From assembly GCA_964459095.1 (NCBI GenBank), contig CAYWKL010000002.1:2858-66857 (forward strand): DNA of 64,000 nucleotides. The letters run 5' to 3'. The first letter of the stretch is position 1. Each line of letters starts with the position of its first letter. A program made the translations under genes and the position numbers. Positions 9,623 to 19,026 of the stretch are shown in pieces. The DNA comes from an uncultured Gammaproteobacteria bacterium (GTDB lineage: Bacteria > Patescibacteriota > Microgenomatia > Daviesbacterales > UBA10151). The notes beneath the pieces were generated by a model that saw nothing but the letters and a program-made list of their open reading frames with translations, searched no databases and had not been told where the DNA came from.

Positions 9623-10697
9623 ACTATTTTTATTATTAATTTTAATTTTATTTGTGGTGGCAAGTTGTCAAATCAGGGAACTTTCTAAAACCCAAGCAGA
9701 ACTTGATATTGACGATTGTAACACCAATCCAAGAGAAGATGATTTGTGTAAGTGTGAAGAATATAACTACATTGATAAAGAAGCAGGAGGATATGCAGAC
9801 GAGGCTTGTAATTATTTTTATAAATGGGGTCATGCTGATTGCGCAGCCGAAGCAAAACAATATGTAGACTCAATGAACTGGTCTACAAACGAAAGCAAAT
9901 ACATTTCGCAGATTAAATATGAGATGTATTGTGAGCAGCGTAAAATAAGAACATCAGGGGATTTCCAAAGATTCTGCCAAATAACTTGTGGTAAATCCCG
10001 CCCAAAGACAGATTATGAAAAACACCCAGAGGATTATGTTGCTGAAATAAAATTGATTTCAAATTGTTCTTCAAAGGTTTCTGATTCTGAAATTAATATT
10101 AGTTTGAGCCAGATGGAGATTTGGGCGACTCAATGCCTTAATCAAAAGGTAAATTGTAACATTTCATGTTCTTTAGGAAACCAAACAACCTATCGCCTCA
10201 AGAACGAATGCGAGAAAGGAAATGATAGGTATATACTTTCAAATATTTCTATTGATTGTAGTTTAACTGCCAATGCAGACTGGGTAACAGCGTCATGTTA
10301 TGAATCAACAGAGTCTGTATGTAGACTAAAAAATCAATGTGAGCTTAATAATCCTGATTGGGTGGAAGAAACAAATCCAAATTATCAGGAAGAATTTGGA
10401 TGGATTAACAACTCGATATGGTGGTTTTGTGATTGGGTACCTACAAATTATCCCAATGAAACTGGTGATGAGTATATTCCATCTTACGCAGACAAATGTG
10501 ATTACTATAAAAAAGAATTATTAAAATTAAATCAAACAATATGCCGAGAGAAAACTGAAGTTGAGAAATTAATGGATAAAGACTGTAAAAATTTATTTGA
10601 TGAAATAATTAAATGGAATTGTAAATCTGAGGGATTGATAAGTAAAGAGTGCGCAGAAAGAAAACAAGCTTGGAGGCTTAAAGGGTGTAAGATATAA
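9606..10697 (+). CDS. Secreted Cys-rich protein (signal peptide, more than 30 Cys, N-glycosylation sequons).
   Basis: ORF track. Confidence 0.55.
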   Translation: MELMRKLFLLLILILFVVASCQIRELSKTQAELDIDDCNTNPREDDLCKCEEYNYIDKEAGGYADEACNYFYKWGHADCAAEAKQYVDSMNWSTNESKYISQIKYEMYCEQRKIRTSGDFQRFCQITCGKSRPKTDYEKHPEDYVAEIKLISNCSSKVSDSEINISLSQMEIWATQCLNQKVNCNISCSLGNQTTYRLKNECEKGNDRYILSNISIDCSLTANADWVTASCYESTESVCRLKNQCELNNPDWVEETNPNYQEEFGWINNSIWWFCDWVPTNYPNETGDEYIPSYADKCDYYKKELLKLNQTICREKTEVEKLMDKDCKNLFDEIIKWNCKSEGLISKECAERKQAWRLKGCKI

Positions 10698-10933
10698 TGC
10701 TTAAGAGATACAGGTTGTGGAACACATTTGAAAGAAGATGGTTTTGGAGCTGCTTGATTATTACAGCATTAGGCGCATATTCATTATTTATCTTCAAAAA
10801 TATTTTAGCAATAATAATCTTTGAAGTATCTCTGATATATTATGGAAATGTCATATTCAGAAGCTTATCACGGCAGGAAAGGGAGTGGAAAGGAGTTACA
10901 ACCTACCCAGTTACAGATGTGGAGGTAAAATGA
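10697..10933 (+). CDS. Small membrane protein.
   Basis: ORF track. Hydrophobic helices. Confidence 0.4.
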   Translation: MLKRYRLWNTFERRWFWSCLIITALGAYSLFIFKNILAIIIFEVSLIYYGNVIFRSLSRQEREWKGVTTYPVTDVEVK

Positions 10934-11317
10934 ATGTCATCGGGAAAGTATGTGGTATACTTGTTTATTTTGTTGGTTGTACTTGCAGAAAAGCCCTCAC
11001 CGCCTGTATGCACTGAAATTAAAATGAACAATATAACTGAAATTAGATATGTTAATTCAACCAGGAATGTTGTAGGTCATACAAACTGCAGCATCCAGAT
11101 ACCTGAAAAAACCGGGTTGGATATAAAATGCGAGAATGGGACTCAAATATTCTGCCAGCCTATGGAATTCAACTTTGAAAGGTTAAATTCATTTGGAGTT
11201 TATGGAGGGCAGTACTGCTACAATGGGAGTGTAGAGGATTGCGCAAGGATAGGTGGGTGTGAAAATATATTAAGTGGCAGGGAAGGCAACATATATTACT
11301 ACAAGGTGTTTTGTTAA
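10934..11317 (+). CDS. Small secreted Cys-rich protein.
   Basis: ORF track. Signal peptide. Confidence 0.5.
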   Translation: MSSGKYVVYLFILLVVLAEKPSPPVCTEIKMNNITEIRYVNSTRNVVGHTNCSIQIPEKTGLDIKCENGTQIFCQPMEFNFERLNSFGVYGGQYCYNGSVEDCARIGGCENILSGREGNIYYYKVFC

Positions 11318-11334
11318 AATGGAGGTGAACTAAA

Positions 11335-11517
11335 ATGTCAGCATTAACGCCGGAAACTACGGTAACTATATTGATTGTAGGATATATAATAACCTTTGCC
11401 TATAGCGTCTATATGGCAATATTGAACTGGAAGCAGGCAAAGGTCAAGGATATACTACTTGAGACAAACAGTATATTGAGGAGGATAGAAAAGAAGATAA
11501 AGGAAAAGCATGGCTGA
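11335..11517 (+). CDS. Small single-TM protein.
   Basis: ORF track. Confidence 0.4.
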   Translation: MSALTPETTVTILIVGYIITFAYSVYMAILNWKQAKVKDILLETNSILRRIEKKIKEKHG

Positions 11518-12223
11518 AAAAAGCAAAATAGAATGGACGAATGCTTCATGGAATTGTGTTACAGGCTGCACTAAAGTTAGCGCTGGCTGTACTAATTGCT
11601 ATGCAGAAACACTTGCATTAAGATTGCAGAAAATGGGGAGCAAGAGATACAGGAATGCATTTACATTAACATTGCACGAGGATGCTTTAAACCTGCCATT
11701 AAAGTGGAAGGAACCCAAGAAGATATTTGTAAACAGCATGTCTGACCTGTTTCATAAGGATGTGCCCGATGACTTTATTGACAAAGTTTGGGAAGTTATG
11801 GAAAAGGCAAACTGGCATATTTATCAGATACTGACAAAGCGACCGGAACGGATGGCGCAGTATAGCTGGACCAAAGAGCAATTATCTAATGTGTGGCTTG
11901 GAACTTCTGTTGAAGATTTAAGAGTCAAGGATAGGATTAAATTATTGCAAACTTCAAATGCCAAAATTAGGTTCATAAGTTTTGAGCCTTTGATTGGGGA
12001 TGTTGGAGAACTTAATTTATCCAACATACACTGGGTTATTGTCGGCGGAGAATCTGGAAAAAATCACAGACCAATTGAAAGAGAATGGGTTACAAATATT
12101 TTAGCCCAATGCAAAAAACAGAATGTTGCCTTTTTCTTCAAGCAATGGGGTGGATTAAAGTCGAAATCAGGTGGAAGACAGCTTAATGGCAGGACTTATG
12201 ATGAGTATCCTAATGCAGTATAA
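11510..12223 (+). CDS. Phage Gp37/Gp68-family protein (DUF5131).
   Basis: N-terminal IEWTNASWNCVTGCTKVSAGCTNCYAE signature and the C-terminal ESG/QWGG region typical of the family. Confidence 0.85.
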   Translation: MAEKSKIEWTNASWNCVTGCTKVSAGCTNCYAETLALRLQKMGSKRYRNAFTLTLHEDALNLPLKWKEPKKIFVNSMSDLFHKDVPDDFIDKVWEVMEKANWHIYQILTKRPERMAQYSWTKEQLSNVWLGTSVEDLRVKDRIKLLQTSNAKIRFISFEPLIGDVGELNLSNIHWVIVGGESGKNHRPIEREWVTNILAQCKKQNVAFFFKQWGGLKSKSGGRQLNGRTYDEYPNAV

Positions 12224-12225
12224 GA

Positions 12226-12504
12226 ATGGTTAAATCATACATCTATAGGATATTGGGAAAAGGCAAGTTCAAAGTAACCAGAATAGATGAGTCCATGGAG
12301 AGAGGAGCAAAAGGAAGATTAAAAGAATATTTGGTTGATTTAAGCGGCGGTGATATGTGTTGTGATTGTGAAGGATTTTATTACAGCAAGAAGCCATGCA
12401 AACATCTCAAATCCGTTTTATCTCAGTTAGCAGAAAATAAAGGCGGAATACTTGATTATGAAAGAAAAGGAGATTATGAAAGGTTGATTAACAATTTAAA
12501 ATGA
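12226..12504 (+). CDS. SWIM-type zinc-finger protein (CCDCEGFYYSKKPCKH = CxCx11CxH).
   Basis: Motif. Confidence 0.55.
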   Translation: MVKSYIYRILGKGKFKVTRIDESMERGAKGRLKEYLVDLSGGDMCCDCEGFYYSKKPCKHLKSVLSQLAENKGGILDYERKGDYERLINNLK

Positions 12505-12863
12505 TTAGGGAGGTAATAACAATGAAATCAAAAAGTTTAACTTATTACCAACTAGAAAAAGAATTTGACAGAAAAGTTAAGGAATTGCAGGATAGATGCC
12601 CACATAAGAGGATTACTAAATGGATGGAGGGATGGTGGGCGCCCGGACATGGAACAGGAACTTCAACCAGATTGTGTAAAAGATGCAATGCCCAAGTGTA
12701 CTCTAGTTACACCTGCAAGTTCTGTGACAAATGCAAGAAACAAAATCCTTGGTATGTTACCGCTTGTGGGGAATGTGAAAAGGGGAAGTTGATAACATAC
12801 TTTGTTATTGAGAGGTTGGGAAATATTATTAAGAAAGAGAAACTTAAAGAGGATTTAAAATGA
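12501..12863 (+). CDS. Zinc-ribbon protein (several CxxC pairs).
   Basis: ORF track. Cys spacing. Confidence 0.45.
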   Translation: MIREVITMKSKSLTYYQLEKEFDRKVKELQDRCPHKRITKWMEGWWAPGHGTGTSTRLCKRCNAQVYSSYTCKFCDKCKKQNPWYVTACGECEKGKLITYFVIERLGNIIKKEKLKEDLK

Positions 12864-13149
12864 GCGACGATGAATTTGATAATGAGGACCCCATAGGGCT
12901 GTTCAGGGGCATTAAGCCTTACAATAAGTGTGAGGACTGCAATAATAAAATAAAACCCGGCTATAAGAAATGTTACAGATGCCATCTAAAATCAGGAGGC
13001 CCGCCAAGATGATAAACTGGGATTACTGTACATTTGTATCTGCTTCCATAGGGATAGGAGGGGTAGGGCTTGGGATAATTATAGGATGGATTTTGAAGTC
13101 AAACCGCAAGATATAAATATAAGCGGGTAATATTGATAATATAGGTAAT

Positions 13150-13629
13150 ATGGTAAAACAACAATGCGGCAAGGATGGATGTAAAGAAAGTGCAGTTTAT
13201 TGTGAAGAGCATTACTTTAAGCTGAGAAGAAAATTGTCTAATAGAAACTACACATTATTAGTATTGGCGTTAGGCTTGCTATCTGTTTTTCTTCTGGTGT
13301 GGTTTCCTCTCAAAGATGTTGACGAGAATAAATTTTGTCAGGAAAAGGTAAACAAATACTTTCCGGAATTTAAGTTTGAGAATGTATATTTAAGTTTAAA
13401 TAGAGAATGTGTAGGGGAAGTTAGAGAGAATCAAATAAATGTCAAAAGAGATGGACTAACATTGGTTGAAGGCAAGGAAGAAGAACAGATAACTAAAACG
13501 TTTAAATTAGATGAAGCGGGCATAAGATATTTGGAAAGCGATGATTTATACGGATTAATGTTCCTAGTGGGTATATTTACAACTTTCATGTTATTTGTTG
13601 TTATCAAAGAATGGATAATGGGATTATAA
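13150..13629 (+). CDS. Zn-ribbon plus two-TM membrane protein.
   Basis: ORF track. Confidence 0.45.
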   Translation: MVKQQCGKDGCKESAVYCEEHYFKLRRKLSNRNYTLLVLALGLLSVFLLVWFPLKDVDENKFCQEKVNKYFPEFKFENVYLSLNRECVGEVRENQINVKRDGLTLVEGKEEEQITKTFKLDEAGIRYLESDDLYGLMFLVGIFTTFMLFVVIKEWIMGL

Positions 13630-13787
13630 TATTATATTAACTCAGATGACTAAGAAGCTTATGGATGTGGATGATGCACTATGGAATAAATTCAAGAAGA
13701 AGTGTGTCAATAATGATATCACTATGAAGGAACAGTTAAATATATTGGTTAAGGGATATGTTGAGAAAGGGTAAATGGAGGTAAAAA

Positions 13788-14393
13788 ATGAATAAGAAAA
13801 TATTGGTTATAGGTGCGTTGATAATAACAATTTTATCAAATTTGGCATTGGCATTATCATATCCGGTGTCAAGTATTGTGCATGGAAATTTTTCAGTCAG
13901 TCCTTGCGGAATTATCACAGGAGACCAATGTTCTGTTAAGTTGGATGGGCAGGGGGCATTGGACAAATTTGGTAAGAGAGGCATAATACAAACTACAATG
14001 CCAGGAATTGCTCCGAACAAATATTTTGTGCAATTAGATGGAAATATTACAACACAATGGTCAGGTGTATTAATATTCCCAAATGTTTATTGTGGTAACT
14101 CAACAGGTTATATCAATAATATAGATACCGATGGAGACAAATTTTCCTACACTATAAATGGAACTACATGCACAAAAAAACCTTCAATAGCAAATCAGGT
14201 ACAAATATTTAATGTAGGTGATTATACGGAATTTTCTGGAACATTCAGCATTTCTGGTGGAAATGGAAAGTATGCAGGTAAAACTGGAATTGGTCAATTA
14301 AAAATTTATGAAACAAAGAATATGTTAGCAAGATTTGCTTATAGGGCAAATTCGTTTTGGTATGCTACACTATATGGAACCATATCTGACTAA
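13788..14393 (+). CDS. Secreted beta-rich protein with signal peptide.
   Basis: ORF track. Confidence 0.5.
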   Translation: MNKKILVIGALIITILSNLALALSYPVSSIVHGNFSVSPCGIITGDQCSVKLDGQGALDKFGKRGIIQTTMPGIAPNKYFVQLDGNITTQWSGVLIFPNVYCGNSTGYINNIDTDGDKFSYTINGTTCTKKPSIANQVQIFNVGDYTEFSGTFSISGGNGKYAGKTGIGQLKIYETKNMLARFAYRANSFWYATLYGTISD

Positions 14394-14442
14394 AAGAGGT
14401 ATTCGAAAATGAAAAAACAAATAATTGAGGAGGTAGGCAAAA

Positions 14443-15273
14443 ATGGCAGTTTATAGCGGATATGTGATTGGTGGGATTGTTGCTTTATTTTTGATAGCAG
14501 GAGTTAGAATAGTAAGGCCTATTGAAAGGGGATTAATAGAAAGGCTAGGAAAATACAACAGGTTTGCAGAAGCGGGATTTCATTTTGTGATTCCCTTAAT
14601 AGAGAAAATGGTTAGGGTGGATATCACAGAGAATATGATGGAGATAGACACGCAGGAGATTATTACCGAGGATAATTTAAATGCAAAGGTGGATTTAGTG
14701 GTTTACTATAAAGTTATTGAAGATGAAAGCGCAGTCAAGAAATCAGTCTATAAGGTTTCAGAATTTGTGCCGCAGATTACAAGGCTTGCGCAGACAACTA
14801 CAAGAAATGTCATAGGAACAATGGCTTTTAAGGATGTTAATTCTAAAAGGAATAAGCTGAATGTAGATATTGCCACTATTCTGAAAAAAGAGACTGCAAG
14901 CTGGGGTGTTGAAATACTGAGGGTAGAGCTTAAGGAGATAATCCCGCCAAAAGAAGTTCAGGAAACCATGAACCAGGTTATACAGGCGGAGAATACCAAG
15001 AGAGCAGCTATTGACTTTGCTACCTCAGTAGAAACAAAAGCTGATGGCGAAAAGAGAGCATTAATCAAATCAGCAGAAGGGCAGAGGCAGATGAAAATAT
15101 TGGTTGCAGAAGGTGCAGCAAAGGCTTATGACCTTGTTAATGCACACTTTAAGGGAAATGCCCAGCTTCTTAAAAAATTGGAAGTTGCGCAGATAGCATT
15201 GCAGAACAACGCAAAAATAGTTTTAGGTGCGGACAGCAAACAAGTGCTTAAACTATTTGACTTGAACAGGTAG
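14443..15273 (+). CDS. SPFH/band-7 (stomatin/prohibitin-like) membrane protein.
   Basis: N-terminal TM, then RIVRPIERGLIERLGKYNRFAEAGFHFVIPLIEKM...DLVVYYKV, the SPFH signature. Confidence 0.85.
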   Translation: MAVYSGYVIGGIVALFLIAGVRIVRPIERGLIERLGKYNRFAEAGFHFVIPLIEKMVRVDITENMMEIDTQEIITEDNLNAKVDLVVYYKVIEDESAVKKSVYKVSEFVPQITRLAQTTTRNVIGTMAFKDVNSKRNKLNVDIATILKKETASWGVEILRVELKEIIPPKEVQETMNQVIQAENTKRAAIDFATSVETKADGEKRALIKSAEGQRQMKILVAEGAAKAYDLVNAHFKGNAQLLKKLEVAQIALQNNAKIVLGADSKQVLKLFDLNR

Positions 15274-15594
15274 GTGATTAAAATGGCAGAAGAAGGAATG
15301 GTTGAATGCTCCGAATGTGGAGAAGAAGTTGATGAGGATGATGTTTACGAATGCCAGACTTGTAAAAAAACTAACCTTTGTGAGGATTGTCAAGTTGGCT
15401 GTTCTGAATGTGAAGATGTGATGTGTGACAACTGCCAGATAGTATTTGAAAATGCAGATATAACTTTATGCAAGAAATGCATAGATAAGGTATATGCAGT
15501 AAAAGAGGTTGTCAAAGAAAAGATTGTAGAGAAGATAGTTGAGGTCCCAAAAGAAGTAATAAAGGTAATGGGATTCAGCGAACCAATACTATGA
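15274..15594 (+). CDS. Small acidic multi-Cys (zinc-ribbon) protein, coupled to the SPFH gene where NfeD would usually sit.
   Basis: ORF track. Confidence 0.5.
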   Translation: MIKMAEEGMVECSECGEEVDEDDVYECQTCKKTNLCEDCQVGCSECEDVMCDNCQIVFENADITLCKKCIDKVYAVKEVVKEKIVEKIVEVPKEVIKVMGFSEPIL

Positions 15595-15738
15595 ACACAA
15601 CATTACAAAAAGCTTTCAGTAAACTGAGAGACAGGATTGTGAAACATCGTAAGAATTGTAAAAAATGGCAAGATGGGAAACAGTGTTTTGACTGCCATAG
15701 GAATACTTTAACATCAATAGAAAAAGAGGTATACGAAT

Positions 15739-16371
15739 TTGACTAAACTAACTTTAATATGTATGATTGGAGTATTATTGATTGGTGGATGCTCTAGTTA
15801 TTACCCATCAGAAATAAGGATAGATAATCAAGCGGGTGAAAGGGTGTTAGTAGACATAAGCAAGAACAATACCAAAGTTGATATTACTATCCAGGAGAAA
15901 CCAAGAGAATTAGTTGAATACTATCTTAAAGGTGACCAACCAATTCAAATTTATTGTGTTGATGAGATAAACAACCAAATAATTTTAAATCATAGCATTC
16001 TCTCGGAGTATCAAAGAGAGAAAGTTGTGAGGGAAAATGTAGTATACACCTATCCAAGATTTGATGTAAATTCCATGCAGAATGTCTTAAAGATTAACAA
16101 TAGTAATTATCTGGATTGTTACTTGAAAGGAATGCTTGAACTCAGCAGAATTAGTTATGTAGACGGAATCTTCATATCTAATAACACAGAATTTGTAAGG
16201 TTTAGCGATATATTTAAAACACGTGAATTTAGCATGGATTGTATAAACTATAATAATAAACCACAAAATGAATGTTTGGTTACATCAACATCGTATGAAC
16301 TGCGGCAGTTTATAGAATCACCCAAAGGTGCAGGTTATTATATATTTGAGTATATTATTGAACTAAAATAA
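15739..16371 (+). CDS. Lipoprotein (LIGGCSS lipobox).
   Basis: ORF track. Confidence 0.5.
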   Translation: MTKLTLICMIGVLLIGGCSSYYPSEIRIDNQAGERVLVDISKNNTKVDITIQEKPRELVEYYLKGDQPIQIYCVDEINNQIILNHSILSEYQREKVVRENVVYTYPRFDVNSMQNVLKINNSNYLDCYLKGMLELSRISYVDGIFISNNTEFVRFSDIFKTREFSMDCINYNNKPQNECLVTSTSYELRQFIESPKGAGYYIFEYIIELK

Positions 16372-16375
16372 AAAA

Positions 16376-16672
16376 ATGGCCACCATAAACCCTAAATGGA
16401 TTATCACCATTGCCTTAGGGTTCCCAATACTCTACATATGGCAGAAATGGGAGTTCAGTATATTGTTTCTTGCAGGGGCTGCATTTTGGGCGTGGAAAAC
16501 CTTTGACGAGGAATATGTGCACAAGTCAGAAGTCGAGAAGAGGGATGTTCCAAGATTGGGGCCTGAGCAGCCTTTCTTCGCTGCAGAGAAGACATGGGAG
16601 ATTGCACCGGACGGAACACCAGTCGCAAAATACCAGGCTCCGCAGCAGTATACTACGCAGAGAGGGAGATAA
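16376..16672 (+). CDS. Small membrane protein.
   Basis: ORF track. Confidence 0.45.
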   Translation: MATINPKWIITIALGFPILYIWQKWEFSILFLAGAAFWAWKTFDEEYVHKSEVEKRDVPRLGPEQPFFAAEKTWEIAPDGTPVAKYQAPQQYTTQRGR

Positions 16673-17164
16673 AATATAGGAGGGGTATAAATGTTTAACA
16701 ATGAATTGGTTTTGGATACTTTTGGCAGAATAAGGTTAGTTGAATGCCATGATTTAGTGAATAACAATAAAGAGTGGTATATACAAAGAATGAGATGGTT
16801 TGGATGGGATACTGAAGAGTTTGGAAACAAAAAGAAAATTGTTGGAGCATATAATAGAATTAAAAAACACATCTCAAAAACTCAATACAATACATAAAAT
16901 TGGGTACATTCTAAAGTATAAAAATGATTAAGAAAGAAATTAAGACTGAATGGCAAAATCAGGATGGTGAAAATTTTGGTGGGTTTGAAGTATTTACTTT
17001 AATTTTAATAATCATAATGTTACCACTGTTAATTCTTTGGATATGGTCAAATGATAAATTTTATAAAATTATGCTTACTGTTTTTATAACTATATTTTGG
17101 TTGATAATTTATCATAAAGAGTTTCCAAAACGGAAGATATATTTGATAGACAAATAATGATGAG

Positions 17165-17929
17165 GTGGTTTTTATGAAGAAGAACAAATATAAATTATTC
17201 AGCAACCCAATCAAGTGGTATATCCAGAATGTTAAGGACAGCATTGAACCTACTAACTTAAGCCACAGGGTAAGGATGAATATTGATATACCTAAAGGAG
17301 CAACAAAAGGCAGGGCTTTGATTCCATGCGCTATCTATTCATTTGACCACTCTATTGACCTGAATCCTGCTTTAATCAGAAGAAAGGACAAAAAGAAGAT
17401 TAGTGAGTTTCCTGTGAATAAAAGATTCAGTTATGACAGCAATAAATATGATGTGCAGCTAACCAAACAAGAAAAGAAATTAGGATACACTTTAGATGAG
17501 ATTGAGAAATGCAGGCATTGCGGCCAGAGATTAGTTATCGCTGAAGTTGCAGAAACAAGATACAGAAGCTGCCCGGACATTAAAGTGAGAGTTGCTGACA
17601 ATGCAAAAGAAGACTTGAAAATACCTGTGGATTTTGGCATAAACAAAAAGGATGTGATGATGGGGATGTGGTCATGGCTGTTCTTTGACTCGGTAATCGT
17701 CTTTGTAGGGTTTAGCGCTGTTACTGGGTTCAATCTAAGTGAGTATACAACACCATTTATTTCGGCCATCCCTAATTGGGTAAAGTGGATTGTAGGCATT
17801 CCATTGGTAGCTTGGGTATTATTGATGTTAATTGTAATGTTAAGCAGAATACATTACAAAGCATATATGCTATGGAAATGGTGGAGGAATATCAAGCCTA
17901 CATTAACAAAAATTAGAGTTGCAAACTAA
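17165..17929 (+). CDS. Membrane protein with an internal Zn ribbon (CRHCGQ...CPD) and C-terminal TM helices.
   Basis: ORF track. Confidence 0.5.
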   Translation: MVFMKKNKYKLFSNPIKWYIQNVKDSIEPTNLSHRVRMNIDIPKGATKGRALIPCAIYSFDHSIDLNPALIRRKDKKKISEFPVNKRFSYDSNKYDVQLTKQEKKLGYTLDEIEKCRHCGQRLVIAEVAETRYRSCPDIKVRVADNAKEDLKIPVDFGINKKDVMMGMWSWLFFDSVIVFVGFSAVTGFNLSEYTTPFISAIPNWVKWIVGIPLVAWVLLMLIVMLSRIHYKAYMLWKWWRNIKPTLTKIRVAN

Positions 17930-17942
17930 GAGGTGAAATAAG

Positions 17943-18251
17943 ATGCTTAAAATAATAAAAAAACAAGAATGGTATAAACATATTTTTGCTAAATTTCAGC
18001 GCAAAGACTTTATGCATTTGATTATGTATGTATTGATTTTGTTGGGTGGACACATATTCTGGAAGATGATAGGATACTCAAAGCTTACAGAACAACAATC
18101 AATATTATTTCAAGAAAGATTAGTTTCATTCTTTGAAGTTTTATTATTGGTGATAGGAATCCATTATATTGTGAGAGTTGTAGAGTATATGTGGGAGAAG
18201 CTAAAATATCCCAAATTAACTTCAAATAAAATAAAGGAGGAAATACCATGA
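17943..18251 (+). CDS. Small membrane protein.
   Basis: ORF track. Confidence 0.4.
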   Translation: MLKIIKKQEWYKHIFAKFQRKDFMHLIMYVLILLGGHIFWKMIGYSKLTEQQSILFQERLVSFFEVLLLVIGIHYIVRVVEYMWEKLKYPKLTSNKIKEEIP

Positions 18252-18724
18252 CTATTGAAGAATTTTTGAGGGCATATTATGGATTTATAATATTGGGAGT
18301 GGTTGTCATACTGCTGCTTGCCTGGAATTCTGCTGTGCGCTATATAAAAAAGTCAAAAGCAAAAAATTTAGATATTCTGCCTCAGTCCGGGCTGGATGAT
18401 GCGCTTTTCAGCCTTGAGCAGGAAAGCCTGTTTGAGGATATTCAGGGCAAGGATGCTCTTGACAGCTTTCAGGAGCAGAGGGCAATGGCAGAGAAGCAGA
18501 TAAATAAGATTAAAGAAGACGGAAAAAAGATGGTGAGAGACGAGCTTAATTTTATAAATGAATACAGGCAGAAGAAGTATCAGTTTGACAGAGACAGGAA
18601 AAGCCTTGGGATGAAATATTCAGTATGGGTTAACCAGCTCAGGATGATAGACGAGATGATTGCCAACCAATCCAGAATAAGGGAAGAGTTCAACAAGATG
18701 AAAGATGTGAGTGGTGAACTATGA
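18248..18724 (+). CDS. Single-TM coiled-coil protein.
   Basis: ORF track. Confidence 0.45.
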   Translation: MTIEEFLRAYYGFIILGVVVILLLAWNSAVRYIKKSKAKNLDILPQSGLDDALFSLEQESLFEDIQGKDALDSFQEQRAMAEKQINKIKEDGKKMVRDELNFINEYRQKKYQFDRDRKSLGMKYSVWVNQLRMIDEMIANQSRIREEFNKMKDVSGEL

Positions 18725-18975
18725 AAAAGATGTTATTTGTTGTAGTTTTGTTGAGCATTCTTATTGTTGGGTGTTCAGCAAAAATAGTTAGTTTGAAAGG
18801 GAAGATAGTAAGGATAGATGATTCCGGAAATTCTATAATAAATTCAGCAAAAACAGTTATACCCATCTGTTATCCTGATTATAAACTGCTACAAGAAGGA
18901 GATGAAGTGATATTGACAAAAAAAGAAGGTTTTCTGGAAGTTACTTGTTATCATATTGAACATTTAGAATATTGA
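18721..18975 (+). CDS. Small lipoprotein (ILIVGCSA).
   Basis: ORF track. Confidence 0.45.
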   Translation: MKKMLFVVVLLSILIVGCSAKIVSLKGKIVRIDDSGNSIINSAKTVIPICYPDYKLLQEGDEVILTKKEGFLEVTCYHIEHLEY

Positions 18976-19026
18976 TTTTACTTTCGGAACTACTGAAAAA
19001 ACCTAAAAGTATATAAATAAGCTAGT

